A stretch of DNA of 64,000 nucleotides, from contig OZ242214.1 of NCBI GenBank assembly GCA_965206595.1, positions 480,001-544,000 on the forward strand, given 5' to 3'. The notes below the pieces were generated by a model, which was not told the DNA's origin, made no database searches, and was given only the letters and a program-made list of their open reading frames with translations. This document shows positions 1-9,888 of the stretch, piece by piece. Within the stretch, counting starts at the first letter, position 1; the number at the start of each line of letters is the position of its first letter. The stretch comes from Candidatus Latescibacterota bacterium (GTDB lineage Bacteria; Latescibacterota; UBA2968; UBA8231). The translations under genes were made by a program, and so were the position numbers.

Positions 1-1
1 G

Positions 2-3000
2 GAAACATGCCCGCTGGAGGCGTGGCGGGAGGCCGGCCGGCAGGAAGGAACGCGGGCACGGGACAAGCTGAGTGAGGGATTCCAGCACGCGCTCGAGATC
101 CTGGGGCAGGGGTTCCTCTCTCATGCCGCGAACTCGAGACTTCGTTCCGCGCTGCACGCCGGGGATCTCACGACGGATCGCTACTTCGAGCAGCTCTTGC
201 GACTCGTCTATCGGTTCATCTTCCTGCTCACAGCCGAAGAACGTGATCTGCTGCACCCGAAGGACGCATCCGACTCGGCCCGCCAGCTCTATACCGATGG
301 ATACGCCCTCCGCCGCCTGCGCGATCGGGCAGTCCGACGGAGCGCCCACGATCGCCGTGGGGATCTCTGGGAGGTGGTAAGAATCGTCTTCCGGGGACTT
401 GCGGAGGGCGAATCGCGTCTCGGGCTGCCCGCCCTCGCCGGCCTGTTCGCCCCCGGAGAGTGCCCGGACCTCGACGCGGCGAAGATCGAGAATCGCGCGT
501 TCCTCCGCGCTCTATTCCATCTGGGGTGGCTTCGCGAGTCCTCGGGGCTCGTTCGCGTGAACTGGCGCGACATGGGCGCGGATGAGCTCGGGTACATCTA
601 CGAGGGCCTTCTCGAGCTGGTCCCGCAGATCACCGGGGACGGACGTTCCTTCTCGTTTGCGAGCGCCGACGAGAGCCGGGGCCATGCACGGAAGACCACC
701 GGCAGCTACTACACGCCGGACGAGCTCGTGCAGCTCCTCCTCGCAAGCGCCCTCGGTCCGGTCATAGAGCATGCGGTTAACGCTCATGCCGACCGTCCCG
801 CCGATGCTCTCCTCGAGCTGGCGATCGTCGACCCCGCCTGCGGATCGGGCCACTTCCTGCTCGCCGCGGCTCGCCGGCTCGCCGACCGCATCGCGCGCAT
901 CCGGGCGGGGGGCACCCCCACGCCGGACGACTACCAGCGCGCGCTCCGGGACGTGGTCCGGCGCTGCATCTATGGCGTCGACATGAACCCGCTGGCCGTC
1001 GAGATCTGCAAGGTGAGCCTGTGGATGGAGTCGATCGACCCCGGGCTGCCGCTCACATTCCTGGAAAGCCACATCCGCTGCGGCAACTCGCTCATGGGCG
1101 CGGACCGGTCGCTCATGGGCGACCGGGTGCCGGACTCCGCTTGGGCGGTCCTCGAGGGAGACGACAGGAAAGTCGCGCGGTCGCTCAAGCGGCGGAACCA
1201 GGAGGAACTCGCAGGTCAGCGCAGCCTGCTCCTTCAACCTCGGAACGAGACGGACAGGTTGCGGGATACGGCGCGCGCCGTCGAAGAAGCCCCGGACGCG
1301 GATGCCGACGCCCTGGCGGAGAAGCAGAGAAAGTGGAAGGCGCTCCTGGCCTCGCAGGCCTACGAGCACGAGAAGCTGGTGGCCGATGCGTGGTGCGCCG
1401 CCTTCCTCTGGCCCAAGGACGAATCCGGCCCGGTCGTCGAGGCCGCACCCACAACGGCCAGGTGGCTCGCGCTCCGCGACAAGGAGGTTCCACCGGCCCC
1501 GGTGTTCGTCGAGACCACGCGACGCATCGCCGAGGAGTACGGCCTCTTCCACTGGGAGCTGGCGTTTCCGCACGTCTTTGCGCAAGGCGGCTTCGACGTC
1601 GTGCTCGGCAACCCGCCGTGGGAGCGCGTCAAGCTCCAGGAGCAGGAGTTCTTCGCCACGCGGGAGCCCTCGATCGCGAAGGCGCGGAACGCCGCCGAGC
1701 GCAAGAAAATCATCGCCGCACTTCCGGCGACGAATCCGGTTCTCTGGAACGAGTGGAGCCGCGCAACGCGCATTGCCCAAGGGCAGAGCCATTTCATGCG
1801 GGGATCCGGCCGCTACCCGCTCTGCGGAAAGGGCGACGTTAACACGTACGCGTTGTTCGCCGAGCACAATTGGAGTGCACTCTCGCCTCGGGGTTGTGCG
1901 GGCTTCATTGTACCCGGCGGGATCGTCACCGACGATACGACCAAGGAGTATTTCCAGGCTCTTGTCGACCGTAGCGCACTTGCCAGCGTCTATCATTTCG
2001 AGAACGAAAGTCTTGTGTTCAAGGGCCTCCACCACGCGTACCGGTTCGTGCTGCTGACGATCAGGGAGTCCCTTCAGGCCGACCTCGTCTTCTATGCGCG
2101 TCGCGCAGTCGATCTCGAAGACCCGGAGCGGCACTTCGCGTTGACTCCCGCAGATTTCGCCACGCTCAATCCGAACACGCGGACCTGTCCTACGTTCAGG
2201 TCAAGTCGTGACGCGGCCATCAACTTGGCGATGTACCGCCGAGCGGGAGTGCTTTGGCGGGAGAGCGACCCGGACGGGAATCCATGGGGCTTGAGATTCC
2301 TGCGCATGTTTGACATGGCCAACGACTCCGGGCTGTTTCGCACGCGGGCCGAGCTGGCGTCGGCCGGCTGGAGGTTGGATGCGGAAAGGTTCGAGAAGGA
2401 CGGAAAAGTCGTCTTGCCTCTGTACGAGGGGAAGATGATCCACCACTTCGATCACCGATTCGGAACCTATGAGGCGCAAAGCGAGGCTCAAGCGAATCAG
2501 GGGAAGCTTCCCGAACTCGACGACGTTGCGCATGCCGACCCACGGCGGGTAACGCTGCCAAGGTACTGGGTCGCGGAGGACGAAGTGACGGAGCGGCTAG
2601 ACGGTACCTGGGACAGGCATTGGTTGCTAGGTTGGAGGGACGTTACCGGTGCGGGAGTGCTCCGCACCGTCATTGCGTGCATCATCCCAAGAACTGCCGT
2701 GAATCACAAGTTGCCACTGATGATACCGTCTCATGATACGCAGCTCGTGGCCGGCCTCTACGCGAACCTGTCCAGCATACCGTTCGACTATTGTGCCAGG
2801 CAGAAGGTGGGTGGACTTAGCTTGACCTATTTCACCATGCGGCAGCTTCCCGTGCTCCGCCCGGAGGCGTACGCGACGCCAGCACCGTGGGCGCCTTCGA
2901 TACGGATTCGCGACTGGCTCCTCCCGAGAGTTCTCGAGCTCACCTATACCGCGTGGAGCCTCAAGGCGTTCGCCGAGGACTGCGACGACGAGGCCCCGCC

Positions 3001-3259
3001 CTTCATCTGGGATCCTGAGCGCCGCTTCCAGCTCCGGTGCGAAATCGACGCGGCCTTCTTCCACCTGTATGGCATATCCCGGGATGACACCGCCTACATT
3101 CTCGACACGTTTCCGGTCCTGGAGCGGTCCGAAGAGCGGGTGCACGGCGAGTACCTGACGAAGCGAGTTGTGCTGGAGACCTACGACGCGCTGGAGTCGG
3201 CCGCTTCGAAGGGCATCCCGTACGAGTCGCCGCTCGGACCGCCGAGGAGGGCGAAATGA
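2..3259 (+). CDS. N6-adenine DNA methyltransferase, type IIG / DISARM class 1 DrmMI-like; 5'-truncated by the window edge
   Basis: Frame open from base 2 (ETCPLEAWREAG...); GSYYTP, DPACGSGHFL (motif I) and GNPPWERVKLQEQEFF (motif IV); TRD-like C-terminus. Confidence 0.88.
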   Translation, partial: ETCPLEAWREAGRQEGTRARDKLSEGFQHALEILGQGFLSHAANSRLRSALHAGDLTTDRYFEQLLRLVYRFIFLLTAEERDLLHPKDASDSARQLYTDGYALRRLRDRAVRRSAHDRRGDLWEVVRIVFRGLAEGESRLGLPALAGLFAPGECPDLDAAKIENRAFLRALFHLGWLRESSGLVRVNWRDMGADELGYIYEGLLELVPQITGDGRSFSFASADESRGHARKTTGSYYTPDELVQLLLASALGPVIEHAVNAHADRPADALLELAIVDPACGSGHFLLAAARRLADRIARIRAGGTPTPDDYQRALRDVVRRCIYGVDMNPLAVEICKVSLWMESIDPGLPLTFLESHIRCGNSLMGADRSLMGDRVPDSAWAVLEGDDRKVARSLKRRNQEELAGQRSLLLQPRNETDRLRDTARAVEEAPDADADALAEKQRKWKALLASQAYEHEKLVADAWCAAFLWPKDESGPVVEAAPTTARWLALRDKEVPPAPVFVETTRRIAEEYGLFHWELAFPHVFAQGGFDVVLGNPPWERVKLQEQEFFATREPSIAKARNAAERKKIIAALPATNPVLWNEWSRATRIAQGQSHFMRGSGRYPLCGKGDVNTYALFAEHNWSALSPRGCAGFIVPGGIVTDDTTKEYFQALVDRSALASVYHFENESLVFKGLHHAYRFVLLTIRESLQADLVFYARRAVDLEDPERHFALTPADFATLNPNTRTCPTFRSSRDAAINLAMYRRAGVLWRESDPDGNPWGLRFLRMFDMANDSGLFRTRAELASAGWRLDAERFEKDGKVVLPLYEGKMIHHFDHRFGTYEAQSEAQANQGKLPELDDVAHADPRRVTLPRYWVAEDEVTERLDGTWDRHWLLGWRDVTGAGVLRTVIACIIPRTAVNHKLPLMIPSHDTQLVAGLYANLSSIPFDYCARQKVGGLSLTYFTMRQLPVLRPEAYATPAPWAPSIRIRDWLLPRVLELTYTAWSLKAFAEDCDDEAPPFIWDPERRFQLRCEIDAAFFHLYGISRDDTAYILDTFPVLERSEERVHGEYLTKRVVLETYDALESAASKGIPYESPLGPPRRAK

Positions 3260-4494
3260 GCAGATTCCAGCTTCGCGAAATTCGCGTCGACAACTACCGT
3301 TGCTTTGAAGAGCTGAGGCTCCCCCTCGAGGAAGACACCACCGTCCTCTTCGCCGAGAACGGCGGCGGAAAGACCGCGCTGCTCACCGCCCTCGCGATGG
3401 GCCTCGCGGTAATTCAGAGGGATGCACCGAAGACCCTGAAGGTCCACTCGCGGCGCGATCCCAGGATGCACACACTCGACGAGAAGGGGCGACGCGAGCC
3501 GGTCGGTGAGTGCAAGGTCACATGGACGGCCGCGGTGGGCGGAACCGAATCCGTCACATGGTCGACGGCGACTCAGCCCGCGTCCGGACGTCGGAGAATC
3601 CGACGCCGACCAATCATCGAGGCCATGGAGCAAGTGCGGGTTCCCGGAGATCGGTGGCCGTTGTTCGGGTGGTATGGGGTCGATCGCCTGGGACGCCAGC
3701 GCGGCCGGCGTCGTAAGATCGAGCGTACGGGGGACCGCTGGGAAGCCTACGACTCCTCGCTCGACCCGAATCTCGATGAAGCCCCGCTCCTCCAGTGGCT
3801 CCAGGACGAGATGCTCGGAGACGTGGTCCGGAGGCAGCAGGACGAACCCGAACGGTTCTTCCACGCAGCCGTGATGGAAGCAACGGTCCAGGCAACCCCC
3901 GGCGTCACGAACGCCTGGTACGACCCGGTGGAGCAAGGCCCGAAGGTGCGCTTCGACGACGGGCACGTGGCTTCGTGGTCCGAGCTTTCGGACGGCTACC
4001 ACGTATTCATCGCGCTGGTCGCCGACATCGCCCGGCGTGCTGTCATGCTCAACGAGTTCGACGGCGCCGACGCGCCTGCCCAAGTGGAGGGCGTGGTGCT
4101 CATTGACGAGATCGATCTTCACCTCCACCCACGATGGCAGCGCGTGGCGCTTACGGGCCTTCGCGAGGCATTCCCCCGATTGCAATTCGTCGTCACCACG
4201 CACTCACCGCAGGTGCTCAGCAGCGTCGACAATCGCCAGGTACGCCGACTCTTGGACGGGAAGCTTCAGGCGGGCAACGTGTTCGTCGAGGGCAGGGACA
4301 CGAACGCGATTCTCCGGGAGTACATGCACACCGACGACCGCGACGAGGAAGGCAAACTCGCGCTGCGCCGCCTTCACGACGCGATCGATCAAGGCGACAC
4401 CGAGCAGGCGGATCGGATCTACAGGGAACTGCGGGTTCGATGGGGAGACAGCGACCCGGCGCTCATCCGAGCCAAGGGCTTCATGGAGGACTAG
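3256..4494 (+). CDS. AAA/ABC-type ATPase, PtuA (Septu)-like
   Basis: NYRCF, Walker A ENGGGKT, LSDGY signature, VLIDEIDLHLHPRWQ, TTHSPQ; ATGA overlap with the methyltransferase stop. Confidence 0.85.
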   Translation: MSRFQLREIRVDNYRCFEELRLPLEEDTTVLFAENGGGKTALLTALAMGLAVIQRDAPKTLKVHSRRDPRMHTLDEKGRREPVGECKVTWTAAVGGTESVTWSTATQPASGRRRIRRRPIIEAMEQVRVPGDRWPLFGWYGVDRLGRQRGRRRKIERTGDRWEAYDSSLDPNLDEAPLLQWLQDEMLGDVVRRQQDEPERFFHAAVMEATVQATPGVTNAWYDPVEQGPKVRFDDGHVASWSELSDGYHVFIALVADIARRAVMLNEFDGADAPAQVEGVVLIDEIDLHLHPRWQRVALTGLREAFPRLQFVVTTHSPQVLSSVDNRQVRRLLDGKLQAGNVFVEGRDTNAILREYMHTDDRDEEGKLALRRLHDAIDQGDTEQADRIYRELRVRWGDSDPALIRAKGFMED

Positions 4495-5256
4495 ATGCGG
4501 GGATTGGCGAAAGCCCGGCCGCCTGCGAACGTGAGCCCGGATGATCAGACGCCGCGGTCATTTGCAGAGGCGGAGCAAGAGTACCTTGCAGCGCTCCCCG
4601 GTAGGGACAACAAGGTCAGGTTCGCCCGATCGGAGTACGAGAGGCTGGAGAAGCGCAGGCTGCGCCAAGTCATGTACGGCGAGCAGGGATCGCTGTGCGT
4701 CTACTGCGAACGACGGATCGCCGAGGGAGACCCAACGCCCCGCATCGACCACTGGCGCCCGCTCAGCGCCGATCCCTGTTTCGCTATCCACTGGGAGAAC
4801 CTCTACTTGTCCTGTCCCGAGTCTGAGACCTGCGACTCTGCCAAGGCCGACCGACCCTTCCGGTGGCAAAAGGGCGATACCGATATGCCTTGGCCCGTAG
4901 ACCTTCCGTACGAGGACTTCGTTGGCTTCACCAGCGGCGGCGAAGTCTACGTCCGCTCGGATGTCTCTTTGCCGGATGCCACTCGCCGGGCGCTTGAACT
5001 CGCCATCGCGGACTGTCCCGATGGCGCTGGAGTTCGGCGCAGCATCCTCAATCTGAACCATCCTGCGCTGGTTGCGGCGAGGGCGGCGGCGGTCGACAGC
5101 GAACGCACGCGCCTGGCGAAGAGACTCGAGAGCGAGCCCGCGAACAGAGACGAGCGCGAACAACTTGCCGCACAGATCCTCGACGTGGATCAGCGACCCC
5201 AATTCGTCAGCATCCGAGTCGCTTGGCTGCGGAAGACGCTGGGCTTAGGTCGGTAA
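4495..5256 (+). CDS. HNH endonuclease, PtuB/TIGR02646-like
   Basis: CVYCE...IDHWRP...WENLYLSC...CDSAK...LNLN; starts immediately after the ATPase stop. Confidence 0.82.
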   Translation: MRGLAKARPPANVSPDDQTPRSFAEAEQEYLAALPGRDNKVRFARSEYERLEKRRLRQVMYGEQGSLCVYCERRIAEGDPTPRIDHWRPLSADPCFAIHWENLYLSCPESETCDSAKADRPFRWQKGDTDMPWPVDLPYEDFVGFTSGGEVYVRSDVSLPDATRRALELAIADCPDGAGVRRSILNLNHPALVAARAAAVDSERTRLAKRLESEPANRDEREQLAAQILDVDQRPQFVSIRVAWLRKTLGLGR

Positions 5257-6020
5257 TGCTGGCGGCCGTCACTATCACCCGTCTGGAGAAGGCCGCCACC
5301 GACAACGGCTTCGACCTCGACCTGGAGCATACGGCCGACTGGCTCTCCTTCGGCAGCAGCCAGACCTCGATGCGCATCTGGCTCACCGCCATCGGAGAAT
5401 CCCTGTTCCTCGCTGCCACGTCGCGGGCGGACGTCCTCGACGGGTTGGCGGGGCTTGGCACGGCGTTCACCAACCCGCTCCCGAGCGGCGCCGTCGGCGC
5501 ACTGAGTGTCAGCGACATTGCCGCAGTTCATCGCCTGTTGCGCCGTGCGTTCCAGCTCTCGCGCACGCTCCCGGACGCGCTGCTTCATGCCTTCGAGGAC
5601 GAAACAACGCACCTGCCACGGGCGACGGAAGCCGAGCGCCTGGTGGTCCAGCGAGTCGGCCAGGACATCTTCCGAAGGGGCTTGTTCGAGTATTGGGATG
5701 GCCGTTGCGCGATCACCGGACTGGCCGTGCCCGAACTCCTGCGCGCGAGCCACATCAAGCCATGGTCCGACTGCGACACGGACGCAGAGCGCCTCGATGT
5801 CTTCAACGGCTTTCTACTGGCTGCTCATCTCGATGCGGCGTTCGACGCCGGATTCATCACGATCGCAGAGGACGGAAGGGGCCTCGTTTCAAGCATTCTC
5901 CCGTTCGACGCCCGGTCGGTTCTCGGACTTGATGGGTCGCTAAGGGTCCGCGGACTGCACCACGCTCACGAGCGCTATCTGCCATGGCACCGGGAAAAGA
6001 TCTTCCGCGCAAAACAGTAA
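5256..6020 (+). CDS. HNH endonuclease, putative restriction nuclease
   Basis: QRVGQDIFR, CAITG, LRASHIKPW, NGFLL, DAAFDAG; TAATG coupled start at 5256. Confidence 0.85.
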   Translation: MLAAVTITRLEKAATDNGFDLDLEHTADWLSFGSSQTSMRIWLTAIGESLFLAATSRADVLDGLAGLGTAFTNPLPSGAVGALSVSDIAAVHRLLRRAFQLSRTLPDALLHAFEDETTHLPRATEAERLVVQRVGQDIFRRGLFEYWDGRCAITGLAVPELLRASHIKPWSDCDTDAERLDVFNGFLLAAHLDAAFDAGFITIAEDGRGLVSSILPFDARSVLGLDGSLRVRGLHHAHERYLPWHREKIFRAKQ

Positions 6021-6497
6021 AGCGAGTGCGTCACTTGATCGCCCCCGCATCAAGATCGGCAAGGAGGTTGATGGGTGAAGGAAGTAGTAGACGACCTGTC
6101 GAGTAATCCACTCGCATGCCTTCTCGATGAGGGTTGGGTACTCTACCACGGGACTTCTGGGTCTTATTCCGCTTCGATAGAGTATTACGGCCTCGGGCAT
6201 CCAGAAGGGGTGCCAGGTTACTGGGCGGAAGTACAATCCTTCATCACGTACTGGCAAATTTTCAACCTGGAATCCTCCGCCTTTGTCGCCCTTGCGAGTT
6301 TCAGTCAGGACCACGAAGGCATCCGCGCCGTTTCCCTCGCTGAGACATTCAATCGCGCAGCACGTTATGCTGTAGAAGAGCCTGGCGGCGAGACCACGGC
6401 GCTTATGCGGCGAGCCATTGGTCAGATCACAGAAAAAATCAGGAAACCGGAGCTAATCAAGACACGCCTACAGGAGAAGCGCAGGCACCTTTATGAG

Positions 6498-7586
6498 CTA
6501 GTGTCCTGTCGCAGAGATTCGTTCACAAAGTCTCTTGATTTTGGCGAGGATGGAATCCGCCGTAGCCGTCCAGACGAAAGGGTGTGCGTTGGCGTTCCAT
6601 TTGGCCGTGTAGCGTTCGATTCGCTCGATGAGCTCCGACACCTTGCGGAACGAATCGCGCCGAACCGCCTGGCGGGTGAGGATATTGAACCAGATCTCCA
6701 CCTGATTGAGCCACGAAGCATACGTGGGAGTGTAGTGAAGGTGAAATCGGGGACGCCGTGCCAGCCATCGCTTGACCTTGGCATGCTTATGCGTGGCGTA
6801 GTTGTCGACGACGAGATGAATATCGAGGTCAGCGGGCACGTTGGCCTCGATGTGGCGCAGGAACTGGAGGAACTCCTGGTGACGATGACGGGGCTTGCAC
6901 TGGGTCATCACTTCCCCGGTGGCGATGTCCAGGGCGGCAAACAGGGTGGTGGTGCCGTGCCGCTTGTAGTCGTGCGTAATCCCTTCCACGTATCCCAGTC
7001 CCAGGGGCAGCATGGGCTGACTTCGTTCCAACGCCTGGATCTGGCTCTTCTCGTCCACGCACAGCACCAGGGCGTGCTCGGGGGGATTCAGGTACAAGCC
7101 GACGATATCCCGTACTTTGTCGACAAAGAAAGGATCGGTGGAAAGCTTGAAGCGCTTGTGTCGATGGGGCTGCAAACCATACGTGCGCCAAATGCGATGA
7201 ACCGCGTCCTTGGTCAGGCCGGTTTCTTCGCCCATGGAGCGCACCGACCACTGTGTTTCGTCTTTGGGCTTGGTCTTCAGGGTCTTGTATACCACCTCGG
7301 CTACCTGCTCGTCCGTGATCGATCGCGGCGCCCCTGAACGTAGTTCATCATACAAGCCATTGAGTCCGTTGTCGAGAAAACGCCGGCGCCATTTGCCCAC
7401 CGTAGCTCGCGTCACACCCACCGCGGAAGCGACCGCTTCATTGGGCCAGCCATCGGCGGCCAGCAGCACCATCTCGGCTCGCCGCACCAATCCGTGGGGA
7501 AGACTTCGTGATTTGGCCATCGATTCCAGTCGTTCCCGGTCCGACGGACTCAGCTCTAACGGCGTTAATGGACGCCCCGTCACCAT
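6498..7586 (-). CDS. IS630 transposase
   Basis: [41 protein letters not shown]; stop codon lies in the CTAG junction. Confidence 0.95.
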   Translation of the reverse strand: MVTGRPLTPLELSPSDRERLESMAKSRSLPHGLVRRAEMVLLAADGWPNEAVASAVGVTRATVGKWRRRFLDNGLNGLYDELRSGAPRSITDEQVAEVVYKTLKTKPKDETQWSVRSMGEETGLTKDAVHRIWRTYGLQPHRHKRFKLSTDPFFVDKVRDIVGLYLNPPEHALVLCVDEKSQIQALERSQPMLPLGLGYVEGITHDYKRHGTTTLFAALDIATGEVMTQCKPRHRHQEFLQFLRHIEANVPADLDIHLVVDNYATHKHAKVKRWLARRPRFHLHYTPTYASWLNQVEIWFNILTRQAVRRDSFRKVSELIERIERYTAKWNANAHPFVWTATADSILAKIKRLCERISATGH

Positions 7587-7670
7587 AGGTCTCTCCTTTC
7601 AGAAGGGGGATAAGGGAAACCTACGGCACTTTCAATTGTTTGTACAGTTAATTACACGACATGACACTAG
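6498..7670 (-). mobile_element. IS630-family insertion sequence
   Basis: Inverted ends CTAGTGTCCTGTCG / CGACATGACACTAG with CTAG at both junctions. Confidence 0.93.
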
Positions 7671-8233
7671 CAGTTCGCAGTGGATTCGATAGCGAAGATT
7701 CTTGGGATGCTGTAAATGGGGCCGTTGGCTCATTTTGTGAAATCGATCAGGCGCTAAATGTTCTTGAATATCCGGAAATCCTTTTCTCTGAAATCGATAA
7801 GTACAAATCCTATAGTTGCCCAGGAGAGCATCCTCCCGTTGTCTACGCAGTTCGCATTCGCAGCGCGGACCTATGCCATCTCTCCATGAATTCAGCTGGA
7901 GTCAACTACCGTGGCGTTCTACATCCAGAACGCCTACTGGGTCGCGTTCGGGTCTCTGGGGAGAGAGTCATCCTCCAGCGGGCTGACGACCGCGAAAGCT
8001 TGGAAGTTTGGGGGATGTGGAGAAAGAGACTGGGCCACTAATGTGGGGTAGGGGTCATTTAGCGCCTCACTCCGCTTCGCACCGGGAACATGTGAGCCGC
8101 TACAGGAAAGTGCTCCCCCGCCCATTTCCTGGGCTAGCACGGTGTCTTGCTGACTCGTGCCGGGGTTCCAATCGCCTGTTGGCGGGGAAGCTGCCGGGTG
8201 CGGCGCACGAATCGAAGGCATGGGGGGCTTGTC

Positions 8234-8471
8234 CTAGTGTCGCGTCCCAGGAATCCCATGCAATTTTCGCCGCCGATCCATTCGAGGGAAAAAATCGCGG
8301 TTTTAGCGGTTTTATAAATGAAACCTCATCCTGTGCGATTTTTTCCCTCAATCCCGTCTCGCGGCGTTGCCTCCGCTCGCCGTACACCCCCGGTACGACT
8401 CGCTCAGGCGCCTTGCGAGCCGGGCCCTCAGCGCCGGAATTTTTCAAGTTATCCGTGGGACGCGACACTAG
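8234..8471. mobile_element. MITE, about 238 bp, with IS630-like ends
   Basis: Perfect 17-bp IR CCTAGTGTCGCGTCCCA (8233-8249) / TGGGACGCGACACTAGG (8456-8472); internal 15-bp IR GAGGGAAAAAATCGC. Confidence 0.8.
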
Positions 8472-8569
8472 GGATACCCAGCGGTATCCAAGCTCTTGGA
8501 GAACCGCGGCCATTATCCCCCTGGTGGATCGATACAGCATAGATGTAGTGCAATGAGCGGTAGGCGGCG

Positions 8570-9667
8570 ATGAAACCATTGGGCACGAACATCGAGCACT
8601 TGAAGGCCGACTACGAATCGGTCACCGGGAAGCCGTTCCGGCATTTCTTCTGCCCGATTCTCCATGTGGACGAGGACGTCGCGCTGACGAAGGGGCATGT
8701 CGTTCCCAAGTCGCTCGGAGGGAAGGCGGTGGTTCTGCAGCGAAAGGACGTGGACCAGGGTTTCGGGAGTTTCTTCGAGGCGGAGGCGGCTGATGCAATC
8801 CGGAAAGGACTCGACAGAAATCCGATCGAGGTGGTGTTCAGTGGGGACCCGGACGAGATGAAAAAGCTCGGCAGGCGATTCCATTTCCGTCTGCTGTTTG
8901 AGGGAACTGACAAGCCGATGGACGCTTCGTATCGGAAGATGGGAGACGACGCAGGGTTCTACGTGGAAACGGAGGACTTGAAGGCCGCACTGGGGGAGCG
9001 TGACGGGCGACGGACACTCAGGGGCATGGTCGGCGTCGAGCTGGACGCGCGGAGCTCGATCTTGGTGACGAGCCTGCGAACTAGCCATCTGGCGTGGTTT
9101 CGCCTGTGCGGATACCGCTACGTCTTCTCGAACGAGGGCATATTCGTGGCGTGGGTACTGCGGAGTTTCTACGAGAAGTTCATCGAACCCCGCTGCGGAC
9201 CCAACCGGTCCAAGAAGGGCAGTCTGATCTCGGAACGGGTGAAGCGGGAGGTCGACGAGTACTGTTTTCAATTCGCCAACTTTATCAGACCGTTGCCCGG
9301 GCCCGCGTTGGAGATGTTCCCGGAAGCGATCCAGCTAGGGACGCAGGACACGGGCTGGTTCTTGGCGCTGTGGGACGGAGACCAGATCTACGGGAAGATT
9401 TCGGTTGTGAAGCTGGGGAACCAGCGCATCGCGGTCATGACGCCCGTCATCACCGACGCCCGCGGCTGGGCCATAATGGACGTGGCGGCGAATCTGGAGT
9501 TGGTGTTTTCTGAAGGAAGGTTCGACGCAAATGCGGGCATTTGCCGGATCGACCCGCCCGGAAAGCGGGCGATCTGGCCAAGCGCGAGCTCGGCGGCGGT
9601 GTCGTTGCCGGCCCTGTCGATTAGGGAGGCGGCGCAGCTCGTAATCGATTCGAGACGCATGGTATGA
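8570..9667 (+). CDS. Hypothetical protein with degenerate N-terminal HNH-like motif
   Basis: FFCP...TKGHVVPKSLGG...VDQGFGS resembles the HNH EHIIPxSLGG...CNxxFG pattern. Confidence 0.55.
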   Translation: MKPLGTNIEHLKADYESVTGKPFRHFFCPILHVDEDVALTKGHVVPKSLGGKAVVLQRKDVDQGFGSFFEAEAADAIRKGLDRNPIEVVFSGDPDEMKKLGRRFHFRLLFEGTDKPMDASYRKMGDDAGFYVETEDLKAALGERDGRRTLRGMVGVELDARSSILVTSLRTSHLAWFRLCGYRYVFSNEGIFVAWVLRSFYEKFIEPRCGPNRSKKGSLISERVKREVDEYCFQFANFIRPLPGPALEMFPEAIQLGTQDTGWFLALWDGDQIYGKISVVKLGNQRIAVMTPVITDARGWAIMDVAANLELVFSEGRFDANAGICRIDPPGKRAIWPSASSAAVSLPALSIREAAQLVIDSRRMV

Positions 9668-9888
9668 AACGACGGTGACCCCCTGGCCGAGGGTCGCGTT
9701 GCCGGGAAGGAAGCGGCTCGCAGTTGTGCCGAACTGAACCTGTCGAGCGATGAGCTTCTTCATTTCACGAATCGCTACTCGAACGTAGTCTACTACGGCG
9801 CCTGGTCCATCTATCTCCGGGATCCAGATCGCCCAATCTTGGAAAGGCGTCCAATGGCGAAATTAGCCGGGCGTCCAGTGGAGGGTGC

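Larger units (their letters stand above)
6075..8041 (+). pseudogene. ART-fold-like protein (about 265 aa when restored) interrupted by IS630
   Basis: RBS AAGGAGG; LYHGTS...GL...VSLAETFNRAARYA; 6075-6500 joins 7670-8041 in frame (HLYEL|AVRSGF) once the IS is removed. Confidence 0.7.

Noticed and set aside
512-2134. Long antisense ORFs (also 15616-17361, 21195-22952, 40671-42641, 51534-53084, 58337-59938)
   Set aside because: Shadow frames of GC-rich genes with no motifs
3256-5256. Retron Ec78-type system
   Set aside because: No reverse transcriptase and no intergenic room for msr-msd; Septu-like call preferred
6075-7337. 420-aa ORF as a real protein
   Set aside because: Chimera of the interrupted gene and the antisense strand of IS630
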